Positions 48,793 through 61,199 of a stretch of 64,000 nt of DNA are shown piece after piece. Below the pieces are notes generated by a model. The model was given only the letters and a program-made list of their open reading frames with translations, was not told where the DNA came from and did not search any database. The translations under genes were made by a program, and so were the position numbers. The DNA is taken from the NCBI RefSeq assembly GCF_001194135.2, contig NC_069000.1, positions 25,244,972 through 25,308,971 of the forward strand. The letters are read 5' to 3'. The stretch's first letter is position 1. Every line of letters starts with the position of its first letter. The DNA comes from Octopus bimaculoides (lineage: Eukaryota).

Positions 48793-51315
48793 GACAAGAT
48801 CTAGGAAAAATTGAGCAGTGGTTAAGAGGAAATTGAGAAAATGGGAAAATGATCGACCGAGAGAACTTAGAGAAGAAATATATAATAAGGAAGAACGGGT
48901 TTGATGCAGTAATAGAACAGTTAAAACAGAGGATCATGACAAAAGCTAGAAGATCAGAACAGAAATGAACAGTTCGAGAACAGATTATTCAAAAATAACC
49001 CGAAGCAATTCTTCCGAACGTTAGAAGGAGACAATGGGGAAAATGTTGCTCCTGATGCAAAGGAGTTCTGGAGCGGATTATGGGGAAACAATGTAGTGCA
49101 TAAAAGAGATGCAATATGGATAGGAACTATCAAGACAGAATTACAAGGAAGAAAGAAACAAACACGGGTGATGTGAATGAACAAATAGGTAAAGTGCCAA
49201 ACCGAAAGCCGCTGGACCAGATGGCATTTATGGCTTCTGGTTGAAGAGATGCCACGCGGTACATGAAAGACTAGTAGCCCACTTGAATGAGTGTATCCAG
49301 AAAGGTACAGTCCCCGCGTGGATGGTAACCGGGAGGACAACACTTGTAATGAAAGATAGAAGTAAGAAGAATATTGTGGAAAACTACCGTCCCATAGCAT
49401 GCCTAAACATAATCTGGAAGATTCTACTGGAATATGTGCGGCAAAGACACACTTTCCTGGCACAGGAAGAAATACTATCGAAGGAGCAAAAAGGATGTAG
49501 GAAGAGTTCCCAGGGTACCAAGGATCACCTGGTCATCCATAAAACAGTTTCGAGGCATTGTAAAAAAACATCATACAAACATGTCTATGGCTTGGATTGA
49601 CATTAAGAAGGCATATGATATGGTGCCTCATTCTTGCAGATGTTTGGTGTTGTTGACAACATCAAATTTTCTGATGCATAGCATGAAAGAGTGGAAAACC
49701 AAATTGTGCTCAAGTAATGTATTCCTTGGAGAAGTTGATATTAAAAGGAGAACCTTCCAAGGTGACACGTTTTCTCCGTTACTATTTGTAATTTCACTAA
49801 CACCCATAACAATGACACTTAGGAAAGTTAAGATCGGTTACCGATGTGGGAAAAAAAGCCCATCATTGAGCCATCTTCTGTTTATGGATGACTTGAAATT
49901 GTTTGGGAAATATGAAAATCATATAGATTCCATAGCCAAAACAATTCAGAAGTGTGGTAGGGACATCGATATGGAATTTGAGATTACCAACTGCTCAGTA
50001 CTTAATATGAAAAGGGGGAAGAAAGCAGACTGCAGAGGATTATGGCTACCAGCAGGAGAAACCATGGGTGAACCCGACGGTAATGGGTATAGATATTTTC
50101 GGGATTTTGGAGCTGGATGACATTCTACACAGAGGAATAAAAGTCAAGGTCAGCGAGGCGTATCAAGAAAGGGTGTTGAAATGGTGTTGATGGTGTTGAA
50201 ATCCAATCTGAATGCCAAAAATTTGATTACCGCAATGAATATCTAGGCAGTTGAGGTGGTCGGATATAGTGCGTCCATCCTCAAATGGACTAAAGAGGAA
50301 ATATCAACACTGGATAGAAGGATGAGAAAGTTGATGACGCTGCATGGGGCGCTACACTCTATAGCAAACAAGAACAGACTGTGTATGAAAAGAAAGAATG
50401 GTGGCAGAGGACTAATTAGTATAGACCATTGTATAAAGAGTGAAAGTAGAACGATTGCCTCGTATTTGATAAATAGTGATGAAGACCTGCTGCATTATAC
50501 TGCATTATGCATTATGGGTGTAAATGCAGATGAAATGATGGGCAAGGCAGAGTTTAACCAAAGAACTGAGGAGAAGAGAAAAGAAGACCTTGAAATGAGA
50601 ATGCATAATACTTGAACGAGATGCTTTGAAGCGTATCACAGAACGAGATGATTTGAAGCGTACCACTGAAAGCATGATCATTGCTGCACAAGACCAGGCT
50701 CTCTCTACCAAATCAGTGAAGTATAACATCTATAAAACTTCTGACACCCAGAAATGAAGATTCTGTGGAAAGAGTGTGGAAAATGTGACCCACTTGGTAA
50801 GTGGATGTGAGAGTCTTGCACAAAAAGAATACAAGCACCGCCACGATAAAGTGTATGTGTATCTTCATTGGTTCTTATGCCGTAAATACTAACAGAGAAC
50901 TGATATGAGCATGTACTAAGTAAAGTTATGCAGGAGGATGGAAAACTAACGATACACTGGGACTTTGATTTTCCGACGGATTATGTAATCGAACACCGTC
51001 GGCCGGATATTGTCATATTGAATGAGACAAATACTGTCAGATCATTGATATAGCCATACCAAATGACATGAATGTTGTGAGGAAAGAGGTTGAAAAAAAT
51101 CACCAAGTACTCCGAATTGAAAGTGGAAATGACAAGACTGTGTGGAATGCGGGAGGGTAATGTAAAAGTGATACCAGTGGTGATCGGAGCGCTAGGCTCA
51201 ATCCCATTGAAACTTCAAAACTTCTTAAGGCAACTGGAAATCCCATGCAAGATTAATGTCTTGCAGAAAGCAGCCTTATTGGGCACAGCGCACATCTTAA
51301 GGAAAGTATTATCTG
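48792..51315 (+). mobile_element. longest Dong-like LINE (about 2.5 kb; RT, CCHC knuckle, RLE), starting at (AAT)n, 3' tip cut by an RTE fragment
   Basis: VPAWMVTGRTTLVMKD..NYRPIACL; MAWIDIKKAYDMVPHS; FQGDTFSPLLF; HLLFMDDLKLF; LQKAALLGTAHILRKVLS. Confidence 0.92.
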
Positions 51316-51316
51316 A

Positions 51317-52270
51317 AGGACCGGCTCAACCAGTGCTCTAAGTATTTTAACTTTTAACGTGGGTAGAAGGTTTGAGTGCCAGATCTTATCAAGTCTGTTA
51401 CATGCATCCCAAGCAAGAGCTTCGCGGATGCGAAAGTCCTTTTCGGAATCTGCTATGTGTGATCCAAGATATTTGAAGCCGTCAACGTTTTTGATTGAAA
51501 TATTACTGAGCAATTTTAATTCAGTTAACTTGGAAGAGGTTGTGATAAACTCTATCTTACTCTCATTGTAGTAATGGCCAACCTGGTTTGGTGCTTTCTT
51601 CAGTGCTTGTAACAAAGATTCTGCATCTTTAATATAATGGGATATCAAGGCAAGATCATCTGCAAAGTCAAGATCAGTTAAATATTGTGCACAATGCTGA
51701 CTGCTCTGGTGGGGTTTCGAAAGGAGTCCCTTTTCCTCCATACCGTCTAGGGAAATGCGTAGAACATAATCGATAACAATGATGAACAAGAAAGGAGCGA
51801 GAGTGTCACCCTGCAGAACAGCTGCTTCATCTTCAAAGAAATCAGTCTCTCCATTAGGAGATATAACTGTGGCAGTGGTGTTTGTGTATAGCGCTCTGAT
51901 AGCATCAACAATCCTGGGAGGATACCATAGAGTGAAAGGATTTTAAACAGATTGTAACGCTCTTGTTAAACTTTTTCATTTCTTCCAGTATGCGACGGAT
52001 GGAGAGGATTTGAGCAGTTGTTGACCAGCCCCTTTCTACAGGGGTTGGACAAAATAATGGAAACACCTAAAAATTTCAAACAGATTAATTTTAGTATGGG
52101 GTAGGATCGCCTTTGGCAGTAATTACTGCTTGAATTCTACGAGGTATGAACTCGTACAAAGTTTGAATTGTTTCCAAAGGAATTTTTGCCCATTCTTCAG
52201 CTAAAACAGTCTCCAGTTCTTGTAGTGATGATGGTGGAGGATAACGACTCTTTACTTGTTTTTCTAAAAT
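51317..52270 (-). mobile_element. RTE/RTE-X-like RT fragment
   Basis: VLQGDTLAPFLFIIVIDYVLR; LTDLDFADDLALIS; FKYLGSHI..DFRIREALAWDACNRLDKIW. Confidence 0.88.
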
Positions 52271-52679
52271 GCACCATAAATGTTCAATGGTATTGAGATC
52301 TGGTGACTGTGGTGGCCAGATAAGATGTTCAACTTCACTAGAATGTTCCTCGTGTAATTGGAGAGAAGCCGGAGTTGATAGTGTTCAAAGGTATTGAATA
52401 AAGTTGACATTATGCCATAAAAGAATAGTAACAGTTTAATGCACTGACCTGAAGAAATGAAAAAATTCCTAAGTGTATAACTATTAGACAAATTGTAGTG
52501 TATTTGAAAGATGCTTGAAAAAGAAACGCTGTGGATAATTAGTGATCCATACACCATTCATTGGCATGAAAGCTGCTCACTGGAATAATTGGCATGAAAG
52601 CTGCTCACTGGAATCTTGACATCGGAATGCTAACTGTTGAGTAATGGGCTCAGCAGAATTGTAGGGAAACTAGATTAGC

Positions 52680-54290
52680 TACTCATAGATAAAATAGTGA
52701 TGAAAGATAGTAAGTGACAAAATGCAAATTTAACAATGGCCTGGATCATGTCATAGGTCTACAAGGCCTATAACATGATACCACATTGATGGCTCATTGA
52801 ATGTTTGAACATGCTTGGGATTGCAAAGAATGTTAAGAATTTTCTGAGAAAAGGCGTAGAAAGTTAGAAGACTGCTCACATATTATGAACAGTATCTCGG
52901 AACATTAAGAATCAAGGGAGGAATCTTTCTAGGAGACAGTGTATCTCCTTTGTTATTTGTTTTATACACAATCTTTTGAACATTTCTATTGAGAAACGTA
53001 ACATATAGATATGAGTTTAAAGGAAAACGACAAAAGATCAACCATCTATTATTTATGGTTGATTGCAAGCTGCATGTAAAGATGAAGCTCTAGTCAGTTC
53101 TTCAGTGAACACAGTTTATTACTTTAGCAAGGATATCAAACTGGAATTAGGACTATAAAAATGTGGAGTAATATTTCTAAGTAGAAAAGTATTAGAATTA
53201 CCTTCAGGAGAAACCATGGAAAGCATTTATGGTACTGGGTGTAAATATGTGGGTACATTGGAGGTATGTGACGAAAAACTGAAAAGTTTTACGCGAGAGC
53301 ATCTCCGAAGACTTAGTTTCGTGCCGCGGTTAAAACTGAATGGAACAAATAAGTTTCAAGCGATCAGCACATGAGCGCTTGGATTACTGAGTGTGGTAAT
53401 GGTATTGTCTATTGGAAGAAAGAGGACTTACGGAGGTTACACTGAAAACACGAAAACTACTCAATGCAAGGAGCATGCTGTCTCAAGAGCGATATTGACA
53501 GGTTGTATCTAACCAGGCACAAAGGTAGGCGAGGGCTAATGAGCTGTGGAAGTTGTATATGCTCAGAAGAAAATACCATGGGGTGCTATATAAATAAAAC
53601 ATTTGCTGGTTCAGGTGAGAATATTTGGTATAGTAAGGATACGTACGTGGAGACACAGGAAAACAAAGAAAAAATAGTAAGGAAAACAAAAGAAAATAGA
53701 ATGAGGAAAAGAATGCACGAATAACTTTTGAGTAAAGTAAACAGGTATACAGACGCCGGCGGAAAATGGCACTAGCTAAGGAAGAATGCCATGAAACTAA
53801 CGACAGAAGTGCTTATTTGTGCTGCTCGGGAACAAGCACTTAAGACATATTACACCAAATGTAGGATTGACAATACAGCAGAAAGTGACAAGTGCAGGTT
53901 GCGCACTGATAAAGGTGAGATTGTATAGTATATTGTGAATGAATGCACAAAGCTGACCCAAAAAGAATACAAAAGAAGACAGACACAATAATGTCACATG
54001 AATGACTCCCAGACGTTGGGTTGGGTAAACCCCAGAAGAAGTAACTAAGAATGACAATGTAAAGATACAGTGGAATGTAATGATCTAATGTGAGTGTTAT
54101 ATTCTTGTTGCCCGAGCTTTTAGAACTATAATCCATAAACTGGATTGAAAAGATACGAGTAAGTGTGAAGGACATCTACAGGAAACTGTTGTTTGGAACT
54201 GTACGAATCCTCCGTCGGATCCTCTAAATTTTAATGACGAGTGTTTATCATAGATCACTGGTTGTGGACGGCTGACACTTTGATATGTTC
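52680..54290 (+). mobile_element. old Dong-like LINE remnant
   Basis: NLTMAWI..KAYNMIPH; GIFLGDSVSPLLFV; INHLLFMVDCKL; KSDIDRLYLTRHKGRRGL. Confidence 0.8.
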
Positions 54291-54329
54291 CCTAGTGAAG
54301 TTGCTGTGTTAAACAACAACAACAATAAT

Positions 54330-54600
54330 CGATCTACCCTTGTCCTCCTACTATTCCTTGGCGTACAGTCCTGGTCATAGGAATATAGTCCTCAGGCAGC
54401 TCCTCTATAGGGTCCTATCAGAAACAACTGGCATTACACTTTCCAGTCGGATTTCTAAACAGGACCAAGTGAGTCTCTGGATGTTATCCAACCATTTCTC
54501 TCTTGGTCTACCTCTAGGTCTCCTGCCGGTTGGCTCAGTTTAGAGACTCCGTCTTGCGATTCGCCCCTGCCACATGTAATCACATATAGAACTGTGACGC
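54330..54600 (-). mobile_element. RTE-type LINE 3' end
   Basis: GRRPRGRPREKWLDNI. Confidence 0.7.
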
Positions 54601-54639
54601 AATAATGATGATGATTATGATGATGATTTTTTTTCTAAA

Positions 54640-54830
54640 TTTGGCACAGTACCAGCAATTTTGAGGTGAATGGGTAAGTTGATTATATCTGCCTTAGTAC
54701 TCGACTGGTACTTTTTATCCATTCCGAAAGGGTGAAAAATAAAGTCGACCTCGGCAGAATTTGAACCGAGAACGTAAAGACGGATGAAATGCTGCGAAGC
54801 ATAAGGTCCGGCGTACTAACGATTTTGATA
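54640..54830 (-). mobile_element. family B SINE
   Basis: AAAGTCGACCTCGGCAGAATTTGAACCGAGAACGTAAAGACGGATGAAATGC. Confidence 0.85.
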
Positions 54831-55009
54831 CATTTCTTCGGGCATCTAGAAACGTTCCTTGGAACGTCTCTCCCAGTACTAAAGTTAGTTTTGGGGTCAA
54901 TATAATCCACTAGTCCTCTCCCTCCAAATTTTAGGTGTTGTGCGTAAGGTAGAAAGGATTATTATTACTATTCCTTCGTAACAGAGTGTAGGTAAAAATG
55001 CACCGGAGT

Positions 55010-56365
55010 CTTTAGTCATCTGTCACGTTACAAGAAGGACCTCAGACACATAATACTTTCCTTAAGATGTGCGCTGTGCCCAATAAGGCTGCTTTTTGCA
55101 AGACGTCAAAGCTGGATAGGGTTTCCAGTTGCCTTAAGAAGTCTTGAAGTTTCAATGGAATTGAGCCAAACGCTCTGGTCACCATTGGCATCACTTTTAC
55201 ATGACCTCGCATTTCGCAGTCTTGACATTTCCACTTTCAATTCGAAGTACTTGGTGATTATTTCAACTTCTTTACTCACAACATTCATGTTATTTGGTAT
55301 GGTTATATCAATGATCCGATAGTATTTATCTCTCTTATTCAATATGACAATATCCGGCCGATGGTGTTCGATTACACGATCCGTCTGAAAATCACAGTCC
55401 CTCTGTTAGTATTTACGGCATAAGAACCAATGAAGATACACATACACTTTATCGTGGCGGTGCTTGTATTCTTTCTGTACAAGGCTCTCACATCCACTTA
55501 CCAAGTGGGTCATATTTTCCACACTCTTTTCACAGAGTCTACATTTCTAGGTGTAAGAAGTTTTATAGATGTTATACTTCACTGATTTGGTAGCGAGAGC
55601 CTGGCCGTGTGCAGCAATGATCAGGCTTTCGGTGGAACGCTTCAAATCCCCTCGCTCAAGCCATGCCCACGATGCTGTATTATCCTTAACGTTCTGTGTA
55701 TTCCTTTCAAACTGTCCATGCGTTCTCATTTCAAGGTCTTCTTTTCTCTTCTCCTCAGTTCTTTGGTTAAACTCTGCCTTGCCCATCATTTCATCTGCAT
55801 TTACACCCATAATTCATAATGCAGTATAATGCAGCAGGTCTTCATCACTATTTATCAAATACGAGGCAATCGTTCTACTTTCACTCTTTATACAATGGTC
55901 TATACTAATTAGTCCTCTGCCTCCATTCTTTCTTTTCATATACTGTCTGTTTACGTTTACTTTAGGATGTAGCGCCCCATGCAGCGTCATCAACTTTCTC
56001 GTCCTTCTATCCAGTGTTGATATTCCCTCCTTAGGATGGACGCATTATATCCAACCACCGCAACTGCTCAGATATTCATTGCGGTAATCAAATTTTTGGC
56101 ATTCAGGTTGGATTTCAACACCATCTTGACTCTTTTTTTATACGCCTCGCAGACCCTGATTTTTATTTCTCTGTGTAGAATGTAATCCAGCTCTAAAAAA
56201 ATCCCTAAATAGCTATACCCACTACCGTCGGGTTCACCCATGGTCTCTCCTGATGGTAACCACAATCCTCTACAGGCTGATTTCTCCCCTCTTTTCATAT
56301 TCCAAAAGTGTGGTAGGGACATCACTATGTCCCTACCACACTTCTGGAATGTTTTAGTTAAGGAA
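55010..56365 (-). mobile_element. Dong-like copy of the 48792 subfamily, inverted, starting at (ATT)n
   Basis: Near-identical to 49930-51315 (MGVNADEMMGKAEFNQRTEEKRKEDLEMR); retains the 3' tip GAGGTCCTT..GTAAC.TGACAG. Confidence 0.92.
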
Positions 56366-56367
56366 TC

Positions 56368-56403
<36 letters not shown>

Positions 56404-56431
56404 CATTATTATTATTATTATTATTATTATT

Positions 56432-57003
56432 GAGTGAGAGAGCAGTGCATGCCATCAAAGTGACACTGGGGTAAAATATACGAAGCCCATTATACCCATC
56501 ATGACTACCTGTCTGATAAGGGTACACCAGGCACATGCATCACAATCATATGTGCGCGACATGGTGATCTCATATCAAGATAAAGAGCGCATGACCTCGC
56601 AGGTGGGGCCCAGTTAGAATTTTCATTAGGTCGAGTAGCCCATCCCGCTCAAAAGGTCTCTGAATAAGGTTTGTTTAAGGATGTTGAGTAAAACACCCAT
56701 GTTTCCAAAGGTGAATTATTCAAACCCCAAAGAATNNNNNNNNNNNNNNNNNNNNNNNNNNNNNNNNNNNNNNNNNNNNNNNNNNNNNNNNNNNNNNNNN
56801 NNNNNNNNNNNNNNNNNNNNNNNNNNNNNNNNNNNNNNNNNNNNNNNNNNNNNNNNNNNNNNNNNNNNNNNNNNNNNNNNNNNNNNNNNNNNNNNNNNNN
56901 NNNNNNNNNNNNNNNNNNNNNNNNNNNNNNNNNNNNNNNNNNNNNTTCCTATCAGTTAAGATCAGAAGCCATGAGAGCCACTGCCTGGTACTGCATCCGG
57001 GCA
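56432..57003. mobile_element. non-coding element flanked by (ATT)n on both sides; candidate non-autonomous AAT-targeting element
   Basis: Non-low-complexity block with sharp boundaries at ATT arrays; no ORF or tRNA boxes recognised; contains a gap. Confidence 0.45.
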
Positions 57004-57049
<46 letters not shown>

Positions 57050-57092
57050 GTTATTATTATTGTTGTTGTTGTTGTAGTTGTTGTTGTTGTTG

Positions 57093-57148
<56 letters not shown>

Positions 57149-57219
57149 GTTGTTGTTGTTGTTGTTGTTATTGTTGCTGCTGCTGCTGCTGTTGTTGTTG
57201 TTGTTGTTATTATTATTTT

Positions 57220-58520
57220 CTCTTTATTACAAGTTTCGTTGGAGCTCCTGGAGTCTTGTATGCGTAGCGGGCTTACTACCTGCAGCCTACGGTACTATGC
57301 CATTCGTTCTTTTCAGCTATTTAATACTTTCCTGATTATTCTGGCCGTGCCATGGAGGCAAACCTTTTGTAACAGTTCTACTGGGTACTCTATTCCAATT
57401 TCCTTTATATTCCTCTTGATGCCTTCTGATACTGTCCTCCAGGACCCAACAATAATTGGCACTATCTTCACCTTCATTTTCCATAGCTAGGCTATTTCGT
57501 ATTTAAGAGGTTTGTGCCTGTCTATCTTTTCGCTTTCCTTCTTGACTATTCGTGGGTTAAAGAGGCATGCAACATCAACTATATAGCTTGTGTGGTACAC
57601 CTTTTCTACCACCACTAGGTTCAGTCAGTTATGCTCTAGCACCTATTCTATTTGGATTGGGAAATCTCAGAGGATTTTTCTAGTCTCCGACTCTACCACT
57701 CTGTAGTTTGTGCTCATACCACGTGTTGCCTCTCTCTAGCCCCCACTTGTCGCACAGTTTCCACTGCAGCACTTTCGCTACCTGGTCGTGTCGCCACAAC
57801 TTGTAGTGGTTTGAGCAAGTCTAGGGCATTCGTTCGTGATATGAGTAATGGTTTCATCCACTCTATTGCAGATATGGCACAGCGGAGACACTTGCTCACT
57901 CCTAAGGTTGACCCTCCAGTTCATGGCCAAAGCTTGGTCCTGCGCTGCCAGTATAGTACTCTCAGTCTCTTTTTTATAGTTCCTTTCATCAGCCAATCCC
58001 ACCTATTGTTTACAGCAACCTCTGGTGTGGCGACATGGAATTGATTGTGTATTCCCTTTTTGTGTAATTCTTCTTCATGTTCTTTTTGTACTTCTTCCTT
58101 TCTTTTCCCTTTCTTCTCTGCTCTCAATATTCCCTTGTTCCTAACTGTCACTAGCAAGGTTTCCTTACTTTGGGCTAGGTATTTCATTAAACTCTTGAGT
58201 TCGATACGCACAGTCTTCCACACCTATCAATCCCCTTTCTCCATTTGCTCTCTTCATGTATAGGCGATTAGTGTCTGCACGTGAATGATGGGCTCCATGC
58301 ATCGTTAGGAGCTTTCTTGACTTCATGTCCATCTCCTTTAGCTCCTCCTCTGTCCACTTCAGGATTCCAGCGCCATACCGAACTACTGCGACTGGGCGCA
58401 GGTTTATTGCTGAAATTATGTTTCTGGCACTCAGCTTTGAAGCTAATACTTTTTTCACACGCCGCAGGTACTGTCTTTTTGTCTTTTCCTTCATGTAAGT
58501 GGTATTTGACTCCATCTGCC
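57220..58520 (-). mobile_element. Dong-like LINE, 5'-truncated
   Basis: QYLRRVKKVLASKLSARNII..RYGAGILKW; ILAAQDQAL; CHICNRVDETITHI..CP; LQKVCLHGTARIIRKVLNS*. Confidence 0.9.
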
Positions 58521-59878
58521 ACAAGAAATGGGCTGAAAGGAAGCTGTCTTTGAAAGGTTGGGCAGAAATGGCGAATGCCTACATCGCCTCCGTTATCATT
58601 TATCGTCTGACCGTCGTGCTTTTCCCCAGTTACTGTTTAATCAAGTTGGAGCGTCTCTTGTTCATGTTCTTGTGGAAGGGACGCCTTCCAATCTGCTGTC
58701 AGCTGCCTCTGAGTAGCGGCTTAGACATGCCATGGCTTTTGATGTGCAGACGTGTGCTCAGGTTGCGTCACCTGCAACGATTTCTAGAAAGTGAACGTTT
58801 GTAGGCTCCGTTTTTGAGGCACGTATTTCCGCAACTCGTCCCTTTGACGGAGCAGCAGGACTGGGTGAAGGATAGACCAAGACTGGGCGCCTAGCACCTA
58901 GAATGTCGTCAGGCGCTCACTGTCCTCTGGGCAATAGGATCGGTGGATGTTCCACTTTAGCTATTTATTGAGGATTAGTGGCGGCAAAGTGCGACGACAT
59001 CCTAGAGGAGACTCTGGGCGTTGACGAAGATGAACTGATTAGTCTGTTTCGGAGGACTTTCCAGTCGGGGACTATTTTGCATAATTTCCAGATGTCTTTG
59101 GCTTGGCAATGCTACTGAGGAGAGCTACCGGTTTGAGATAAACTCTACAGGCACGGATGTGCTGTCAGATGGGCTTGTCCAAGGTGCCCGCATAGCAACG
59201 AACTGTTCTACATGGACTCGTTCAGTGTCCGGTAATTGCTGACCTGTGGAGTTATGTTGAAAAGCTGCTGTCGCGTATGGGACGGATTCGTCTGTCGTCC
59301 GAGTCCATAGTGATGATTGCCCCACCGCCCTCCTTTAATCGGGCAGGTAAGGCAGTTTTCCTTTGCCTGGTTGTTGTGGCGAAAGAATTTGTCTAGTGGA
59401 CGAGGTTGAAAGGGATGAGGACAGAAACATTCCACTTTGGAAAAGCCCTCATCGACTTTTTCAAGTCTCACTTGAAAAGAAAAGTGAGGGTGGAGAGGGA
59501 GGTGCTGTCCCCGAGTGAATTTATGAAAAAGCAGGTGAAAGTTGTGAAAATAGCAAGAGTGGATTGCACTACTCTCAGTGTGTTCACCTGTGAGTCGGAG
59601 GAAAGGAGTTGGAAAAAGTATTTGTCCGTGGTATTCCAGGTGATCTTGGCTGGTGGGGTTCTTCGATCATACCTAGTGGTCCTCCTGTAGCAGGAGCACC
59701 CCCATCACAATTTTTTTTCCTTGTTGCTATATACTATATGTACTTCACTTTTAATGTATACTGTGTATGCTTCTTTTTTTAATATATATATATATATCAT
59801 TTCCTTTATATGTAAACCGTTACATTTTATGTCTTTGTATTGTTCCCCTCATCCTTCGCCCTAGTGGCAACTAAAATT
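58510..59878 (+). mobile_element. Tx1/L1-like LINE, 5'-truncated, with 3' UTR
   Basis: KWAERKLSLKGWAEMANAYIASVIIYRLTVV..LERLLFMFLWKGR; NFQMSLAWQCY; same family as 25480 and 38955. Confidence 0.9.
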
Positions 59879-59902
59879 ATTATTATTATTATTATTATTA
59901 TT

Positions 59903-60520
59903 AAGGCGGCGAGCTGGCAGAATCGTTTGCACACCGGGCAAAGTGCTTAGCAGCATTTCATCAGTCTTTACGTTCTGAGTTCAAATTCCGCCGTGGTCGA
60001 CTTTGCCTGTCATCCTTTCGGGATCGATGAAATAAGTACCAGTTGAGCATTGGGGTCGATCATAATATTATTATTCGGTGTTGGGCGTGATCTAGTAGAA
60101 TCATTAGTGTGTTGAACAAAATGCATAACAGCATTTCTTCTGACTCTTTACGTTCTGTGTCCGAATCCTTCCAACTTTACCTTTTCATTCTTTTAGGGTC
60201 GATAAAATAAGGTACCAGTGAAACACAGAAGTCGGATAATCGACTACATGACTCTTTCCTAAAACTGTTGGCCTTGTACCAAAATTAGAAAATAATTATC
60301 ATTAGTTGTAGAGGTATTTTTTATATCAAAATTATAGATTCAAACTTTGGTGTAAGACCAGCAATTTTGTGGGAGGTGTAACTAGATTACATCGACCCTC
60401 AGTGCTCAACCGATACATATGTTACTGAAGGCTAAACTGAAATATTGACTCGGTGGAATTTGAACTAAAGAGATTCAGTGAAGCATTCTGTCTCACTATT
60501 CTGCCGGCTCGCCTTCTTTC
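59903..60520. mobile_element. three family B SINEs: 59903-60062 (+, well preserved), about 60080-60300 (+), about 60330-60520 (-)
   Basis: AAGGCGGCGAGCTGGCAGAATCG..GAGTTCAAATTCCGCC..GTCGACTTTGCC. Confidence 0.85.
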
Positions 60521-61112
60521 TTACATTAAAATAGAAAGTTGGGTTAAACCCATTGGATAAAGGACTAACGAAAAAATATAATGGGACGGTGAAGTGGTTG
60601 ATAACTAGAAAGTGTGACTAAGCTGGTCTAATGTATTTCAGGTAATAATATTCAGAAAGCTTGTTAACACAAGGAGAGAAAATTTCCATGACGTCGTTAT
60701 CAACAAAGGGTTATTTGAAATTTTGGCGGGATGGACAAAAGGGAGTGCCCAACACAGTCTGTTACAGAAGCGTAAATTTATTTCAGTATTTAGTTGTCTT
60801 TCAATATTCTGAACTCAAATCTCATCTGGTTCAATAATTTCTGTTTTGTTTTGTTTGTTATTTTATCTCCAGATTAAATCTATCGATCAATCCAGGGCAA
60901 TAAATCAAAGCGTTCCAACCATGACCATCCTATTCGATTTTCATGTATGCATTTCTACAGATGATCCTAATGCCTGTCTGTCTGTCTCTTTGTAAACAGA
61001 CAAACATACACGCACAACACGCGCACAACACGCGCACACACACATACACAAACACACACACATATACACAAACACACTCACACTCACACACTCACACTCA
61101 CACACACTCACA

Positions 61113-61176
<64 letters not shown>

Positions 61177-61199
61177 AAACAGCTTTTATTTTAAACATA

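Noticed and set aside
60642-60771. + strand exon candidate VIIFRKLVNTRRENFH..
   Set aside because: Branch point too close to the AG, weak donor, no recognisable homology; within chance expectation.
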